From an uncultured Clostridia bacterium (lineage in GTDB: Bacteria; Bacillota; Clostridia; UBA1381), in contig CAJUEZ010000003.1 of NCBI GenBank assembly GCA_910585485.1, positions 14,105 through 78,104 of the forward strand: a stretch of 64,000 bases of DNA, given 5' to 3'. Shown here piece by piece: positions 10,172-19,656 of this stretch. Position 1 is the stretch's first letter. Each line of letters begins with the position of its first letter. The notes below the pieces were generated by a model. It searched no databases, was not told where the DNA came from, and saw nothing but the letters and a program-made list of their open reading frames with translations. Made by a program: the position numbers and the translations under genes.

Positions 10172-10809
10172 TATCGCTGCAATAAGTCCTTCCACCCCGT
10201 AATATAATGGTCAGATAATTGCTTGAGCGCGTCTGTTTCTGCGGCATTTGTGTCATCATATATAGCGCAGGTTTTAAAACCGCCCTTTTTAGCGCCGCTT
10301 ATACCTGTTATTATATCCTCAAATACAACACATTCACCGGGAGGTATTCCTATGCGTTTTGCCGCGAGTAAATACACGTCCGGATTGGACTTATTAACTC
10401 TTACCTCTGAAGAAAAGGCGCATGCGTCGATATATTCCCATACTCCTAAGCGAGTGAAAGCTTTTTTACAAAGTTCCTCATAACCGGATGTCGCTATCGC
10501 GATTTTCACTCCGTCGTCATGCAGTTTTTTTATATATTCTTTCGCGCCTTCCTTTAAAGGAAGGTTGCGCTCATATTCTAAACATGCCATTTCTTTCAGT
10601 TTATCTGAAACTTCCTCTTTGGACATGTTAAGGTTAAGCAAATCAGTCATAATCGGAATTGACTCTTCAAGCGTCAACTCTTTGTATTTGGAGGCTTCTT
10701 CATCAGTCAGTTCTTTTCCGTGCAATTTGAAAAAATCTATAAGCACGTCCCACCAAACTGTCATAGAATCCAAAAGCGTTCCATCAACATCAAAAATTGC
10801 TCCGCGCAT
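10171..10809 (-). CDS. HAD-family phosphatase
   Basis: IFDVDGTLLDS, K..PDVY and VFEDI motifs; ATG after GAGGTG. Confidence 0.9.
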   Translation of the reverse strand: MRGAIFDVDGTLLDSMTVWWDVLIDFFKLHGKELTDEEASKYKELTLEESIPIMTDLLNLNMSKEEVSDKLKEMACLEYERNLPLKEGAKEYIKKLHDDGVKIAIATSGYEELCKKAFTRLGVWEYIDACAFSSEVRVNKSNPDVYLLAAKRIGIPPGECVVFEDIITGISGAKKGGFKTCAIYDDTNAAETDALKQLSDHYITGWKDLLQR

Positions 10810-10950
10810 TAAATCACCTCTGACAATAATTATACCATAAATGACCATATATTTCAATACTTAATACTAACAGCTTTTTCACCGCGCTCTTATTGACTAA
10901 TTAAGATAATTAAGATATAATGGATATAGTAAAAATAAGGGGAATGCAAT

Positions 10951-11796
10951 ATGGATTTAACTTCACCTCGAACAATACGGGATATACAGGATAAATTTGG
11001 CTTTACATTTAAAAAGGGACTGGGACAAAATTTTCTTACCTCTCAGACGGTGCTCGACAATATAGTAGAGGCTGCCGAAATTGACGGTGGAGCGATTGAA
11101 ATCGGTCCGGGTTTCGGTGTTCTGACAAGCGCGCTTGCGCGAAACAGTGACAAAGTTGTTACTATTGAGATTGATGAGCGGTTGCTTGCAGTGCTTGAAT
11201 ATACGTTATCCGAATTTGATAATGTGAAGATTATAAACGGGGACATTTTAAAGCTTGACATAAAAAAAATTATTCATGAGGAATTTGGCGATAAAAAGAT
11301 AAGCGTCGCCGCAAATCTTCCATACTATATAACAACGCCGATTATAGCGAAGCTTTTAGAGGAAAGGCTGCCGATAAAAAATATTGTTGTTATGGTTCAA
11401 AAAGAAGTGGCGCATAGAATGGCAGCAAAGCCTTCAAGCAAAGATTACGGCGCGATAACGGTTCTTTGCCAATATTTTGCCGAGCCATCTGTTGTCACGC
11501 CTGTTCCGGCATCTTTGTTTGTGCCTCCTCCAAAGGTGGACAGCGCTGTTTTAAAATTAAAGATACTTGACGAGCCATCGGTAAAGGTTAAAGATGAAAA
11601 AACATTTTTTAAAGTGGTAAAAGCAGCGTTTGCGCAGAGGAGGAAAACGCTTTTAAATTGTCTTTGCGCCTCGTTTCCTATTCCGAAAGCGGAAATGTCA
11701 TGTATGCTTGAAAGTATGGATATAAATCCATCAAGACGAGGAGAAACACTTTCTCTTGATGAGTTTGCAAAAATCTCGGACACTTTGACAAAATAA
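10951..11796 (+). CDS. rsmA: 16S rRNA dimethyladenosine transferase KsgA
   Basis: KKGLGQNFL, EIGPGFG, ANLPYYITTP, PPPKVDS motifs. Confidence 0.97.
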   Translation: MDLTSPRTIRDIQDKFGFTFKKGLGQNFLTSQTVLDNIVEAAEIDGGAIEIGPGFGVLTSALARNSDKVVTIEIDERLLAVLEYTLSEFDNVKIINGDILKLDIKKIIHEEFGDKKISVAANLPYYITTPIIAKLLEERLPIKNIVVMVQKEVAHRMAAKPSSKDYGAITVLCQYFAEPSVVTPVPASLFVPPPKVDSAVLKLKILDEPSVKVKDEKTFFKVVKAAFAQRRKTLLNCLCASFPIPKAEMSCMLESMDINPSRRGETLSLDEFAKISDTLTK

Positions 11797-11814
11797 AAAT
11801 ATACGGAGGTAAAA

Positions 11815-12072
11815 ATGGAAAAATTAACTATCGGTGAAAGAATTATGATTTACAGAACGCGCGCGGGACTTTCAAAAAAAGCTTTTGCTCAAATGACAGA
11901 TATAAGCGTGCCGATGCTTACAAAATATGAAAAGGGAAAATCTATTCCCGACGCGGATACAATTTGTAAATTTGCCGCAGTTTTAGAAGTGACAATGAAC
12001 AAGCTTATGAATGGATTTGATGATCCCAATAAGGATAAATACAAAAACGGGATTTTAAACAAAAAGAATTAA
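11815..12072 (+). CDS. XRE-family helix-turn-helix protein
   Basis: IGERI..YR...GLS...FA....IS......YEKG...P motif; GGAGG SD. Confidence 0.85.
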   Translation: MEKLTIGERIMIYRTRAGLSKKAFAQMTDISVPMLTKYEKGKSIPDADTICKFAAVLEVTMNKLMNGFDDPNKDKYKNGILNKKN

Positions 12073-12281
12073 AGAGTAAAATCCTCTTTGTTAAAATCAG
12101 TTTTTAATTTTCTCATTCGTCTCACATGACGTTTTAAAATATCATATTTGAATTTTTCACAGGCAGCCGCGTTTGCGGGCACAGCCTGTTTTTTTTTGTC
12201 GCAGTACATTTCATCATCGCTATGCTTATGCGCCAGTTGGCACACCGCGCATATTTTATTTATATCCTGAGAATATATCAT
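12069..12281 (-). CDS. Small four-Cys hypothetical protein (possible metal binding)
   Basis: CAVC...YC...ACEKFKYD; GGGG SD. Confidence 0.7.
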   Translation of the reverse strand: MIYSQDINKICAVCQLAHKHSDDEMYCDKKKQAVPANAAACEKFKYDILKRHVRRMRKLKTDFNKEDFTL

Positions 12282-12302
12282 TGAAATCCCCCAATTCCGC
12301 CA

Positions 12303-13019
12303 TCATATTATAACAGCGATAACGCTGTAGTTATCATTTTTTTTGCCCTCGTTTTCATGCAGAATCTCAAGCATAGCTTCAAGCCAGTCTTTTGGTGACT
12401 TTGCGCTGTGAAGAGTTTCTTCTATATCGTCCTCTGTAACGTACTCCCAAAAACCATCGGAGCAGAGTAAAAACGCGTCATTTTTCTTGAGTTCTGTAAC
12501 TTCCGAAATATCCGGATTAAAGTTGTCAATATCACTGACGGCGCGCAGCAACTTGTTCTGATTAGGGCTGTAGCGTATTTCCTCATAAGTTATATCGCCG
12601 TTTTCAAATTCCATAAAAGCTATGGAGTGGTCGTTTGTCACTTGTGATATTTCGCCATCTGAGATGTAAAATAGACGGCTGTCACCGATGTTTGCCCAAA
12701 TCGCTTTTTTACCGTCTGTGACAAGCGTGACAACCGTTGAGGACATATCCGCTTTTTCTTTGTCACCGCTCCGCTCCTCACCAAGCAAGGACGCGGATTT
12801 TTCAATATATTGGTATAGCGCCTTTTGTGAAATAAGAGGTTCTTTTTTAAATTCGTCGCAAATGGTATTGCACACTAATTCAGACGCAATCTCTCCGAAG
12901 GATTGACCGCCAAGACCGTCGCAGATTACAAAACACCAAATATCTTCGGCTTTTACGTACCCTACGCTGTCTTCATTATTCTTTCTTCCGCCTCTGTTAG
13001 TTAATGATACGGCTCTCAT
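12303..13019 (-). CDS. PP2C-family Ser/Thr protein phosphatase
   Basis: R..NED, CDGLGG, NIGDSR, LLCSDG and DNYS motifs. Confidence 0.93.
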   Translation of the reverse strand: MRAVSLTNRGGRKNNEDSVGYVKAEDIWCFVICDGLGGQSFGEIASELVCNTICDEFKKEPLISQKALYQYIEKSASLLGEERSGDKEKADMSSTVVTLVTDGKKAIWANIGDSRLFYISDGEISQVTNDHSIAFMEFENGDITYEEIRYSPNQNKLLRAVSDIDNFNPDISEVTELKKNDAFLLCSDGFWEYVTEDDIEETLHSAKSPKDWLEAMLEILHENEGKKNDNYSVIAVII

Positions 13020-13053
13020 AAAATATCCATTGCCTTTCCGCCCCATACGGCGC

Positions 13054-13299
13054 TTATTGATTCGTGTTTAAATCTGTCTCGCTATTGTCCCGCGCATTGA
13101 GATTATTTATTGTTTTCTGCATCTCAAGACGAGTTTCAAGCGATTCGTCATACATATTTTTATATTTGCGGTTTAGGCTGTGCAAAACAGCTATAGTAAA
13201 GCATTGAACCACGATTATGGCGGCAAGTACCGCCGCGATACATATATAAAACTTTTCGCTGCGATTTATATTTTCTTTTCGTATTTTTTTATAGTCCAT
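13054..13299 (-). CDS. Small single-TM protein with coiled-coil-like C-terminus
   Basis: GGAG SD; TM ICIAAVLAAIIVVQCFTIAVL; sits within the operon. Confidence 0.65.
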   Translation of the reverse strand: MDYKKIRKENINRSEKFYICIAAVLAAIIVVQCFTIAVLHSLNRKYKNMYDESLETRLEMQKTINNLNARDNSETDLNTNQ

Positions 13300-13321
13300 A
13301 TTTAAATCTCCCGAAAGTAAC

Positions 13322-13870
13322 TTAAACTTGCTTTTCATACTCGTCAAGAAAACGCGAAAACTTTCCCACGCATTTTTTGTTGAAAGCAATTCCGAGCGAG
13401 GTGAGTTTCATAAGTAAATCGGCGCTCATTTTATCCTCATATTCCACCTCAACCTCATAGTCGGTTTTGTCAAAGTACGTTGTCTTGTCAAGACAAAGTT
13501 CCGAACCGTTATGATACTTCAGATTCCTTACAGTTGAGGCGAAGCCCATTTTATAAAGTTCTCCCGTGTCAATACCTGTGATTTCGCGCGCTTTTTCAGA
13601 GTCTATAACATCGGGCACACAGTCTGTCTCGTATTCGTTTTCCTCGCAGATTTGTAAAGGACTGTTCTCATTTTTGTGCAGCTTAATCTGTATTTTCGGG
13701 ATACCGTCCACAACTCTCACGCGTACCATAATACGCTTTTCGCGAAGTATGCCGTTTTTATCTGTATAATAATAATTTGTCTGTTCTTTGACGCTGTCCC
13801 ACTTAAAAGCTTTTATAGCTTGCTTGTAGGTTGTCTCGTCTATAATGCTCTTGATTTCTGTTTCTGTCAT
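13322..13870 (-). CDS. CYTH domain protein (triphosphate tunnel metalloenzyme)
   Basis: N-terminal ETEIK (ExExK), QTNYYY, RVR, DYEVEVE and KF.RF motifs. Confidence 0.88.
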   Translation of the reverse strand: MTETEIKSIIDETTYKQAIKAFKWDSVKEQTNYYYTDKNGILREKRIMVRVRVVDGIPKIQIKLHKNENSPLQICEENEYETDCVPDVIDSEKAREITGIDTGELYKMGFASTVRNLKYHNGSELCLDKTTYFDKTDYEVEVEYEDKMSADLLMKLTSLGIAFNKKCVGKFSRFLDEYEKQV

Positions 13871-13881
13871 ATATCCTCCAG

Positions 13882-14058
13882 TCATACGAATTGGTTTCGG
13901 TACTCTTTATATTCGTAACCTATAGTCCGCAGTTTGTTTTCTATGCTGTTCTTGTCAAGCTGCATATCCTCGCACAGTTCGTCAAGACTGCCGTAAAAGT
14001 CTCGCAGCTTTGTATTTATAAATCCCAAAAGTATGGCAGGGTCATTGGGTATGTTCAT
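13882..14058 (-). CDS. DUF4250-like small protein (58 aa, absent from ORF track)
   Basis: Manual translation MNIPNDPAILLGFINTKLRDFYGSLDELCEDMQLDKNSIENKLRTIGYEYKEYRNQFV; GGAGGAG SD. Confidence 0.85.
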   Translation of the reverse strand: MNIPNDPAILLGFINTKLRDFYGSLDELCEDMQLDKNSIENKLRTIGYEYKEYRNQFV

Positions 14059-14139
14059 TGCGCTCCTCCGTATAGTCCTTTATATAAAAATTATATTATA
14101 ATTATTATACCACTTAAAAGCGGAAATGTAAACACATTA

Positions 14140-14195
14140 ATTGTCAACCTGAATCTAACAAGCGGGTTGACAATCGGGAAACTATGTGGTATAAT
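14140..14195 (+). promoter_or_regulatory. BirA operator overlapping the sigA promoter of bioY
   Basis: Perfect palindrome ATTGTCAACC-N15-GGTTGACAAT; its right arm contains the -35 of TTGACA-N17-TATAAT. Confidence 0.85.
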
Positions 14196-14224
14196 GTAGT
14201 GGAATAAATAACGGAGGTAAAAAA

Positions 14225-14818
14225 ATGAAAACAAAATCTATGATTGCATGCGCTCTCTTTGCGGCGATAATCAGTATTTTTGCTGTGATGACAATACCGA
14301 TAGGCATAGTTCCGATTACGATGGGATTGTTCGGCATTATGCTTACAGGAATAGTTTTAGGGTATAAAAACGGAATTATATCAGTGGTCATATATCTTTT
14401 GATAGGTATTGTCGGTCTTCCTGTTTTTTCAAATTTTCGGACAGGTATACAAACTCTCGCCGGACCGACGGGAGGATATTTATGGTCGTACATAATCATG
14501 GTATGGATTATTGGTGTCTTAACCGTGAAGCTGCCGAAGAATAAATGGCTTGCGTGGCTGAAAATATTTGCGGCTTGTCTTATGGGTATAGTCGTATCTT
14601 ACGCGGCGGGTACAATTCAGTTTATGCTTGTTCAAAGGGTGGATTTAATAAAAGCGCTTACGCTTTGCGTTATTCCGTTTATCCCGTTTGATATTTTAAA
14701 AGCTATCATCGCCACATATGTAGGTTCGCTAATTTCTAAAACATTAAGACGAGCGAATCTTTTGCCTGAAAGTCATAAAAAACAGCAAGAGGTGAATAAC
14801 AAGGAAGAGAGTAAATAA
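14225..14818 (+). CDS. bioY: Biotin ECF transporter S-component
   Basis: VPIT, GLPVFS, GPTGGYL and PFIPFD motifs; upstream BirA site. Confidence 0.95.
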   Translation: MKTKSMIACALFAAIISIFAVMTIPIGIVPITMGLFGIMLTGIVLGYKNGIISVVIYLLIGIVGLPVFSNFRTGIQTLAGPTGGYLWSYIIMVWIIGVLTVKLPKNKWLAWLKIFAACLMGIVVSYAAGTIQFMLVQRVDLIKALTLCVIPFIPFDILKAIIATYVGSLISKTLRRANLLPESHKKQQEVNNKEESK

Positions 14819-14839
14819 AGTGTGAAAGACGGTACAACA

Positions 14840-14866
14840 AAAGGCAGCCAAGTTTTGGCTGCCTTT
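14840..14866. terminator. Bidirectional terminator
   Basis: AAAGGCAGCCAA-GT-TTTGGCTGCCTTT. Confidence 0.8.
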
Positions 14867-14891
14867 AAATTGTTCTAAAACATGTAGAAAT

Positions 14892-15146
14892 TTAAGCGAC
14901 TGTTCCCGCGCTTAAAACGAAAAGAACAACTGTTGTTATAAGGAAAAGAATAGCTAATGTTGCTGTAAGCTTAATAAACATCGCTTCCTTTGTTGTTCCG
15001 CCACTCTTCTTGAAGAATGAATCGCCCATATCTGAAGACGCGCCCTGAATACCTCTCATGCCGGGATCTTTGCCTTCCTGAGCCATAACAACAAGAATAA
15101 GAATAACTGAAACAATCAGATGTAGTATCAAAAACAGATTTTTCAT
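14892..15146 (-). CDS. secG: Preprotein translocase subunit SecG
   Basis: Two TMs separated by a QEGK..G..G loop; AGGAGG SD. Confidence 0.85.
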   Translation of the reverse strand: MKNLFLILHLIVSVILILVVMAQEGKDPGMRGIQGASSDMGDSFFKKSGGTTKEAMFIKLTATLAILFLITTVVLFVLSAGTVA

Positions 15147-15305
15147 GGAATAAACCTCCTTTATCTCTAAGTAATTCATTAAATACCCATCTATTATATC
15201 ATAAATTTACAAATTTACAATAGTTTTTTATGAAAAAATTAAAATTTTTTCCTGATAGTGATTTTTACTAAACGCTAATAATGAATTTATCTCATACAAA
15301 ACAGA

Positions 15306-15878
15306 TTAAATTTCTATCAGGACTTCATCAAGAGAACGTTTTGGCACATTTATGACACCATTTTCGTCTTCAAAATATTTCGTGTCTCCGTTTTTCATAT
15401 CAACCATGCGGCTTTCCTGCGCGGGGTAGCCGAGAGCGAGAAGATACACAACGTCCAGGTTATCATCCGCTTTTATAACTTTTTTGATTTCATCACGCAT
15501 AATGGCTCCGAGCCAGCAGCTTCCCAGTCCCATTTCAACAGCTTCGAGTATCATAGTTGTTACAGCCGCTCCCGCTTCTGTTTCAAACATTTTGTTTGGC
15601 TTAACAGATGTGTCTCCAAGCACGGCGATGTATGCCACTGGACGCTCATTTTCTTTGGGTGCGCCGTCTGTCAGACAGCCTGCCCATTTTGTGAAGGGAT
15701 ATATTTTTTCTAATAAGTCGGCATTATCAATTACCGCGAATTTGAGCGGCTGCACATTCGCTCCGTAAGCGGCGACGCGAGCGCAGTCCACAAGTTTTAT
15801 AAGCATATCTTTATTGATTTTTTCCTGCTTGAATTTTCTTATTGTTCTTCTTGCCATTACAGCGTCGTATACATTCAT
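15306..15878 (-). CDS. Nitroreductase family protein
   Basis: RRTIRKF, N.QPL, GLGSCW and LALGYP motifs. Confidence 0.92.
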   Translation of the reverse strand: MNVYDAVMARRTIRKFKQEKINKDMLIKLVDCARVAAYGANVQPLKFAVIDNADLLEKIYPFTKWAGCLTDGAPKENERPVAYIAVLGDTSVKPNKMFETEAGAAVTTMILEAVEMGLGSCWLGAIMRDEIKKVIKADDNLDVVYLLALGYPAQESRMVDMKNGDTKYFEDENGVINVPKRSLDEVLIEI

Positions 15879-16024
15879 AGTTAATCGTTCCTTTCTGCAA
15901 TAAAATTTATTATGTATTAGTATACCACATTTTTTGCTTTTTTTCAAATTGTATTTCAGATTTACTTTACATGCGGGAAAAAATTTTATATAATAATACA
16001 CATAAAACAAAAAGGGGAGAGATT

Positions 16025-17377
16025 ATGAGCGCGCCGTTATACAAACGCTTGAAAAGCTATGCTGATAAAAACAGAATATCTTTCGCTATGCCGGGTCATA
16101 AAAACGGACGCGGACTTAGAGCGGATTTATTGTCACTGGACGTGACTGAACTTGATGAGACAGAGAATCTGCATAGCGGCGGCGAGTATGTTAAATCAGC
16201 GCAAAAATTGCTGTCAAAACTTTATGGCAGCGATAGGAGTTATATACTTACGGGCGGTTCAACAGCCGCTTTACAGGCTATGACATGTTCTGCCGTAAAA
16301 CCGGGAGAGACGCTTCTTGCCGGAAGTGACTGCCATATGAGCGTGATTAATACCTGCGCCCTTCTCGGAATAAAGATAAAACTTTTTCCGAAAGAAATTG
16401 ATGAAGAATTTTGCGTTCCCAAACATAATGTTGATTTAAAGAAATACCTGACAGAGGATATAAAAGCTGTTATAATAACGTCTCCCAATTATTACGGAAT
16501 ATGTTCGGACGTGAAAGGAATTGCCGATATGTGTCACGCGATAAATATACCGCTTTTGGTTGACGAGGCGCACGGAGCGCATTTTGTTGCCGATAGTCGT
16601 TTCCCTGATACAGCGGTAAAATACGCTGATGCTGTATGCCAAAGCGCGCATAAAACGCTTAACGCCATGAACGGTGCGGCATATCTGCATATAAACGGTT
16701 CGTTCATTGACAGATATAGGCTCAAAAAGGCGCTTTCCATGTTTCAATCTTCAAGTCCGTCATATGTCATTGCAGCTTCCGCTGACACTGCCAGAGAGGA
16801 AATTGCAAACGGAGAAAAATGGCATGAAACATATAATATTTGCACTGATTTCAGAGAGAGAATTTTGGAAACGGGTATCAAGGCGCTTGATAATGATGAC
16901 ATAACCCGTATAGTTCTGAATTTTTCGGATTTTAACATGACGGGATTTGAGGCGGGTAAACTTTTATCTGACATGGGAATTGATATTGAAATGGCGGATT
17001 TGATTAATATTGTTCTTATAGTAACGGCTTCAAATACCCGTGAGGATTTGGATAAGCTGCATGGCGCTCTTTCTCGGATAATATCTAAAGATAGAAAACT
17101 CGGAAAAAAAATAAGAGTATCCGCGCCTCCGATATGCGCGGACACAATTTCTCCCAAAGAAGCGTTTTTTGCGGGACGTAAGGAAATAGGTCTGACTGAC
17201 TCGGAGGGATTTGTATCGGGTGATTCGGTAATGATTTATCCGCCGGGAATACCGATAATATATATGGGTGAAAAAATAAGAAAAGAGCAGATAGAATATA
17301 TAGAAAAAATGTCCGCCGAGGGAGCGGAAGTTAAAGGGATAACAGCGGATGGAAGGATAACCGTGACAGATGAGTGA
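16025..17377 (+). CDS. PLP-dependent Orn/Lys/Arg decarboxylase
   Basis: SFAMPGHK, VDEAHGAH, QSAHKT (PLP lysine), SSSPSY and YPPGIP motifs. Confidence 0.9.
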   Translation: MSAPLYKRLKSYADKNRISFAMPGHKNGRGLRADLLSLDVTELDETENLHSGGEYVKSAQKLLSKLYGSDRSYILTGGSTAALQAMTCSAVKPGETLLAGSDCHMSVINTCALLGIKIKLFPKEIDEEFCVPKHNVDLKKYLTEDIKAVIITSPNYYGICSDVKGIADMCHAINIPLLVDEAHGAHFVADSRFPDTAVKYADAVCQSAHKTLNAMNGAAYLHINGSFIDRYRLKKALSMFQSSSPSYVIAASADTAREEIANGEKWHETYNICTDFRERILETGIKALDNDDITRIVLNFSDFNMTGFEAGKLLSDMGIDIEMADLINIVLIVTASNTREDLDKLHGALSRIISKDRKLGKKIRVSAPPICADTISPKEAFFAGRKEIGLTDSEGFVSGDSVMIYPPGIPIIYMGEKIRKEQIEYIEKMSAEGAEVKGITADGRITVTDE

Positions 17378-19610
17378 GATTATTACAGTTACAGGGACAG
17401 TTGAAGAAATAATATACTCCAATCCTGACAACGGCTATACAGTATGCGGTATAGACAGCGCGGAGGAGGGACTTTTCACGGCGACGGGGTATATGCCGTT
17501 TATATCCGAGGGTGAGAGCGTCGCGCTTTCGGGAACATGGATAACGCATCCTGATTACGGAGAACAGTTTAAGGCGGAATATTATGAGACTGTTATGCCG
17601 TCGGACGAGGAGTCTATATTGAAATATCTCGGTTCAGGAGTGATTTCGGGAATACGTGAGGCAACGGCAAAAAAGCTTATAGATCATTTTGGCTGTGAGG
17701 TTTTAGAAATAATGATTAAAGAGCCTGAAAGGCTTTCAGAAGTAAAGGGAATAAGCAGGGAAAAAGCGAAGAAAATCGGCGCGGAGTTTTGCGAATTGCA
17801 ATCAATGCAGAATATTGTGATGTTCCTTCAGCAATATAATATTTCTGCTAATATGGCGGTAAAGATACATAACGCGCTCGGCGGCGGAGCGATTGATATG
17901 ATAAAGAAGAATCCGTATATTTTATCTGACATGGTAGACGGAATCTCATTTAAAACCGCTGATACCATCGCGTTTAATATGGGTTTGCCTAAAAACAGTT
18001 TGATCCGAATATGCGCGGGAATAAAAAACATTCTGCATGAAGCCGCGTATACAAACGGGCATGTGTATATGCCGAGAGATTTGATTATTGAGCACTCGGT
18101 ATATACGCTGAAGGTTGATGAGAACGAGGTTGAGGCGGCAATTTCGGAGCTTTTGGGAAAGAAAAGTATATTTTTGGATAATGTGGAAGACACAGACGTG
18201 TATTATCTGTATGAGTATTACGAGGCGGAGAATTATATTTCACGACGTCTTATTGCCATGTCCGAGAACACGCAAAAATTTATTATGACGGAGGATGAGG
18301 CGGAAAAAGCTATTGACCATCTTGAAGAGGAGACAGAAATTTATCTCGCGCCAATGCAGCGCAGCGCGGTAGTGACCGCGCTCTCGACAGGCTGTATGGT
18401 GCTTACTGGCGGACCGGGAACAGGTAAAACTACCACTATAAACACGGTAATAAAACTGCTTGAGGATTTAAAGTTGTCAATAGCGCTTGCGGCGCCCACG
18501 GGAAGGGCGGCGAAACGAATGAGTCAGGTTACGGGCTGCGAGGCGAAAACGATTCACCGCCTGCTGTGTACACAGAGAAATTCCGAGGGACGAAGCATTT
18601 TCACGCATAATGAGGAAAATCCGCTCAGCGCCGATGTGATTATTCTTGACGAGGTGAGTATGATTGACATCAGTCTGATGGCATCGTTTTTAAAAGCGGT
18701 AAAGAGCGGCGCGCGCGTTATTTTTTCGGGTGACGCTGATCAGCTTCCGTCCGTCGGACCGGGTAATATAATTCATGACATGATAAAAAGCAAAACGATT
18801 CCCGTTGTTCAGCTTAATAAGATTTTTCGTCAGGCGGAGGAGAGTCTTATAATTGTGAACGCGCATAAAATTAATCATGGCGAACTGCCTGACCTGACCG
18901 CGAAATCCAGTGATTTCTTTTTCCTGAGGCGCAGGACACCTCAGGAGAGCGCTCTTACAGTGATGGATTTATTCAAGAACCGTTTGCCCAAAAGCTACGG
19001 TGTGAATCCTGTTTCATCAATACAAGTGCTTTCGCCGACAAAAAAAGGACTCGCGGGTACTATCGCATTAAATAAGCTTTTGCAGTCTCATATAAATCCT
19101 TATGATGAAATGAGACCTCAGCATATTTACGGAAACACAATATTCCGAGTTGGCGATAAAGTAATGCAGACGAAGAATAATTACGATATGGTTTACTCGC
19201 GTGAAAACGGCGAGGACGGCATGGGAATTTTTAATGGCGACATGGGAATTATAGAAAGTATCTCCGAGCGTGACAAGTGCATGAGGATTGTTTTTGACGA
19301 GGATAAGAACGTTGAATATCCTTTTACTAATCTGGACGAACTTGATCTTGCGTACGCTATTACGGTACATAAAAGTCAGGGGAGTGAATTTCCGATTGTT
19401 GTAATGCCGGTTTGTTCCTTCGCGCCGATGCTGATGAGCCGTAATTTGTTTTATACCGCGGTTACACGCGCGAGAGATATGGTAATACTTGTCGGAAGTG
19501 AAAAAACAATACAGAATATGACGTACAACAATCAGTTTCATCACCGTTTTACAGGTTTGGCGGAAAGAATGATTGCGGTAAAAAAATTTACAGAGAAAAA
19601 GGATAAATAA
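17370..19610 (+). CDS. recD2: ATP-dependent RecD2 helicase
   Basis: TGGPGTGKTT, APTGRAAKR, DEVSM, AYAITVHKSQGSE motifs; N-terminal OB/HhH extension. Confidence 0.95.
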   Translation: MSEIITVTGTVEEIIYSNPDNGYTVCGIDSAEEGLFTATGYMPFISEGESVALSGTWITHPDYGEQFKAEYYETVMPSDEESILKYLGSGVISGIREATAKKLIDHFGCEVLEIMIKEPERLSEVKGISREKAKKIGAEFCELQSMQNIVMFLQQYNISANMAVKIHNALGGGAIDMIKKNPYILSDMVDGISFKTADTIAFNMGLPKNSLIRICAGIKNILHEAAYTNGHVYMPRDLIIEHSVYTLKVDENEVEAAISELLGKKSIFLDNVEDTDVYYLYEYYEAENYISRRLIAMSENTQKFIMTEDEAEKAIDHLEEETEIYLAPMQRSAVVTALSTGCMVLTGGPGTGKTTTINTVIKLLEDLKLSIALAAPTGRAAKRMSQVTGCEAKTIHRLLCTQRNSEGRSIFTHNEENPLSADVIILDEVSMIDISLMASFLKAVKSGARVIFSGDADQLPSVGPGNIIHDMIKSKTIPVVQLNKIFRQAEESLIIVNAHKINHGELPDLTAKSSDFFFLRRRTPQESALTVMDLFKNRLPKSYGVNPVSSIQVLSPTKKGLAGTIALNKLLQSHINPYDEMRPQHIYGNTIFRVGDKVMQTKNNYDMVYSRENGEDGMGIFNGDMGIIESISERDKCMRIVFDEDKNVEYPFTNLDELDLAYAITVHKSQGSEFPIVVMPVCSFAPMLMSRNLFYTAVTRARDMVILVGSEKTIQNMTYNNQFHHRFTGLAERMIAVKKFTEKKDK

Positions 19611-19647
19611 AAGACAGAGCGCGATTTTTATAGGCGCTCTGTCTTTT
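19609..19647. terminator. Bidirectional terminator
   Basis: AAAAGACAGAGCGC...GCGCTCTGTCTTTT. Confidence 0.85.
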
Positions 19648-19656
19648 GCGTTTTAT

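Noticed and set aside
13891..14199. 102-aa plus-strand ORF
   Set aside because: Antisense shadow of the DUF4250-like gene, and it crosses the bioY promoter.
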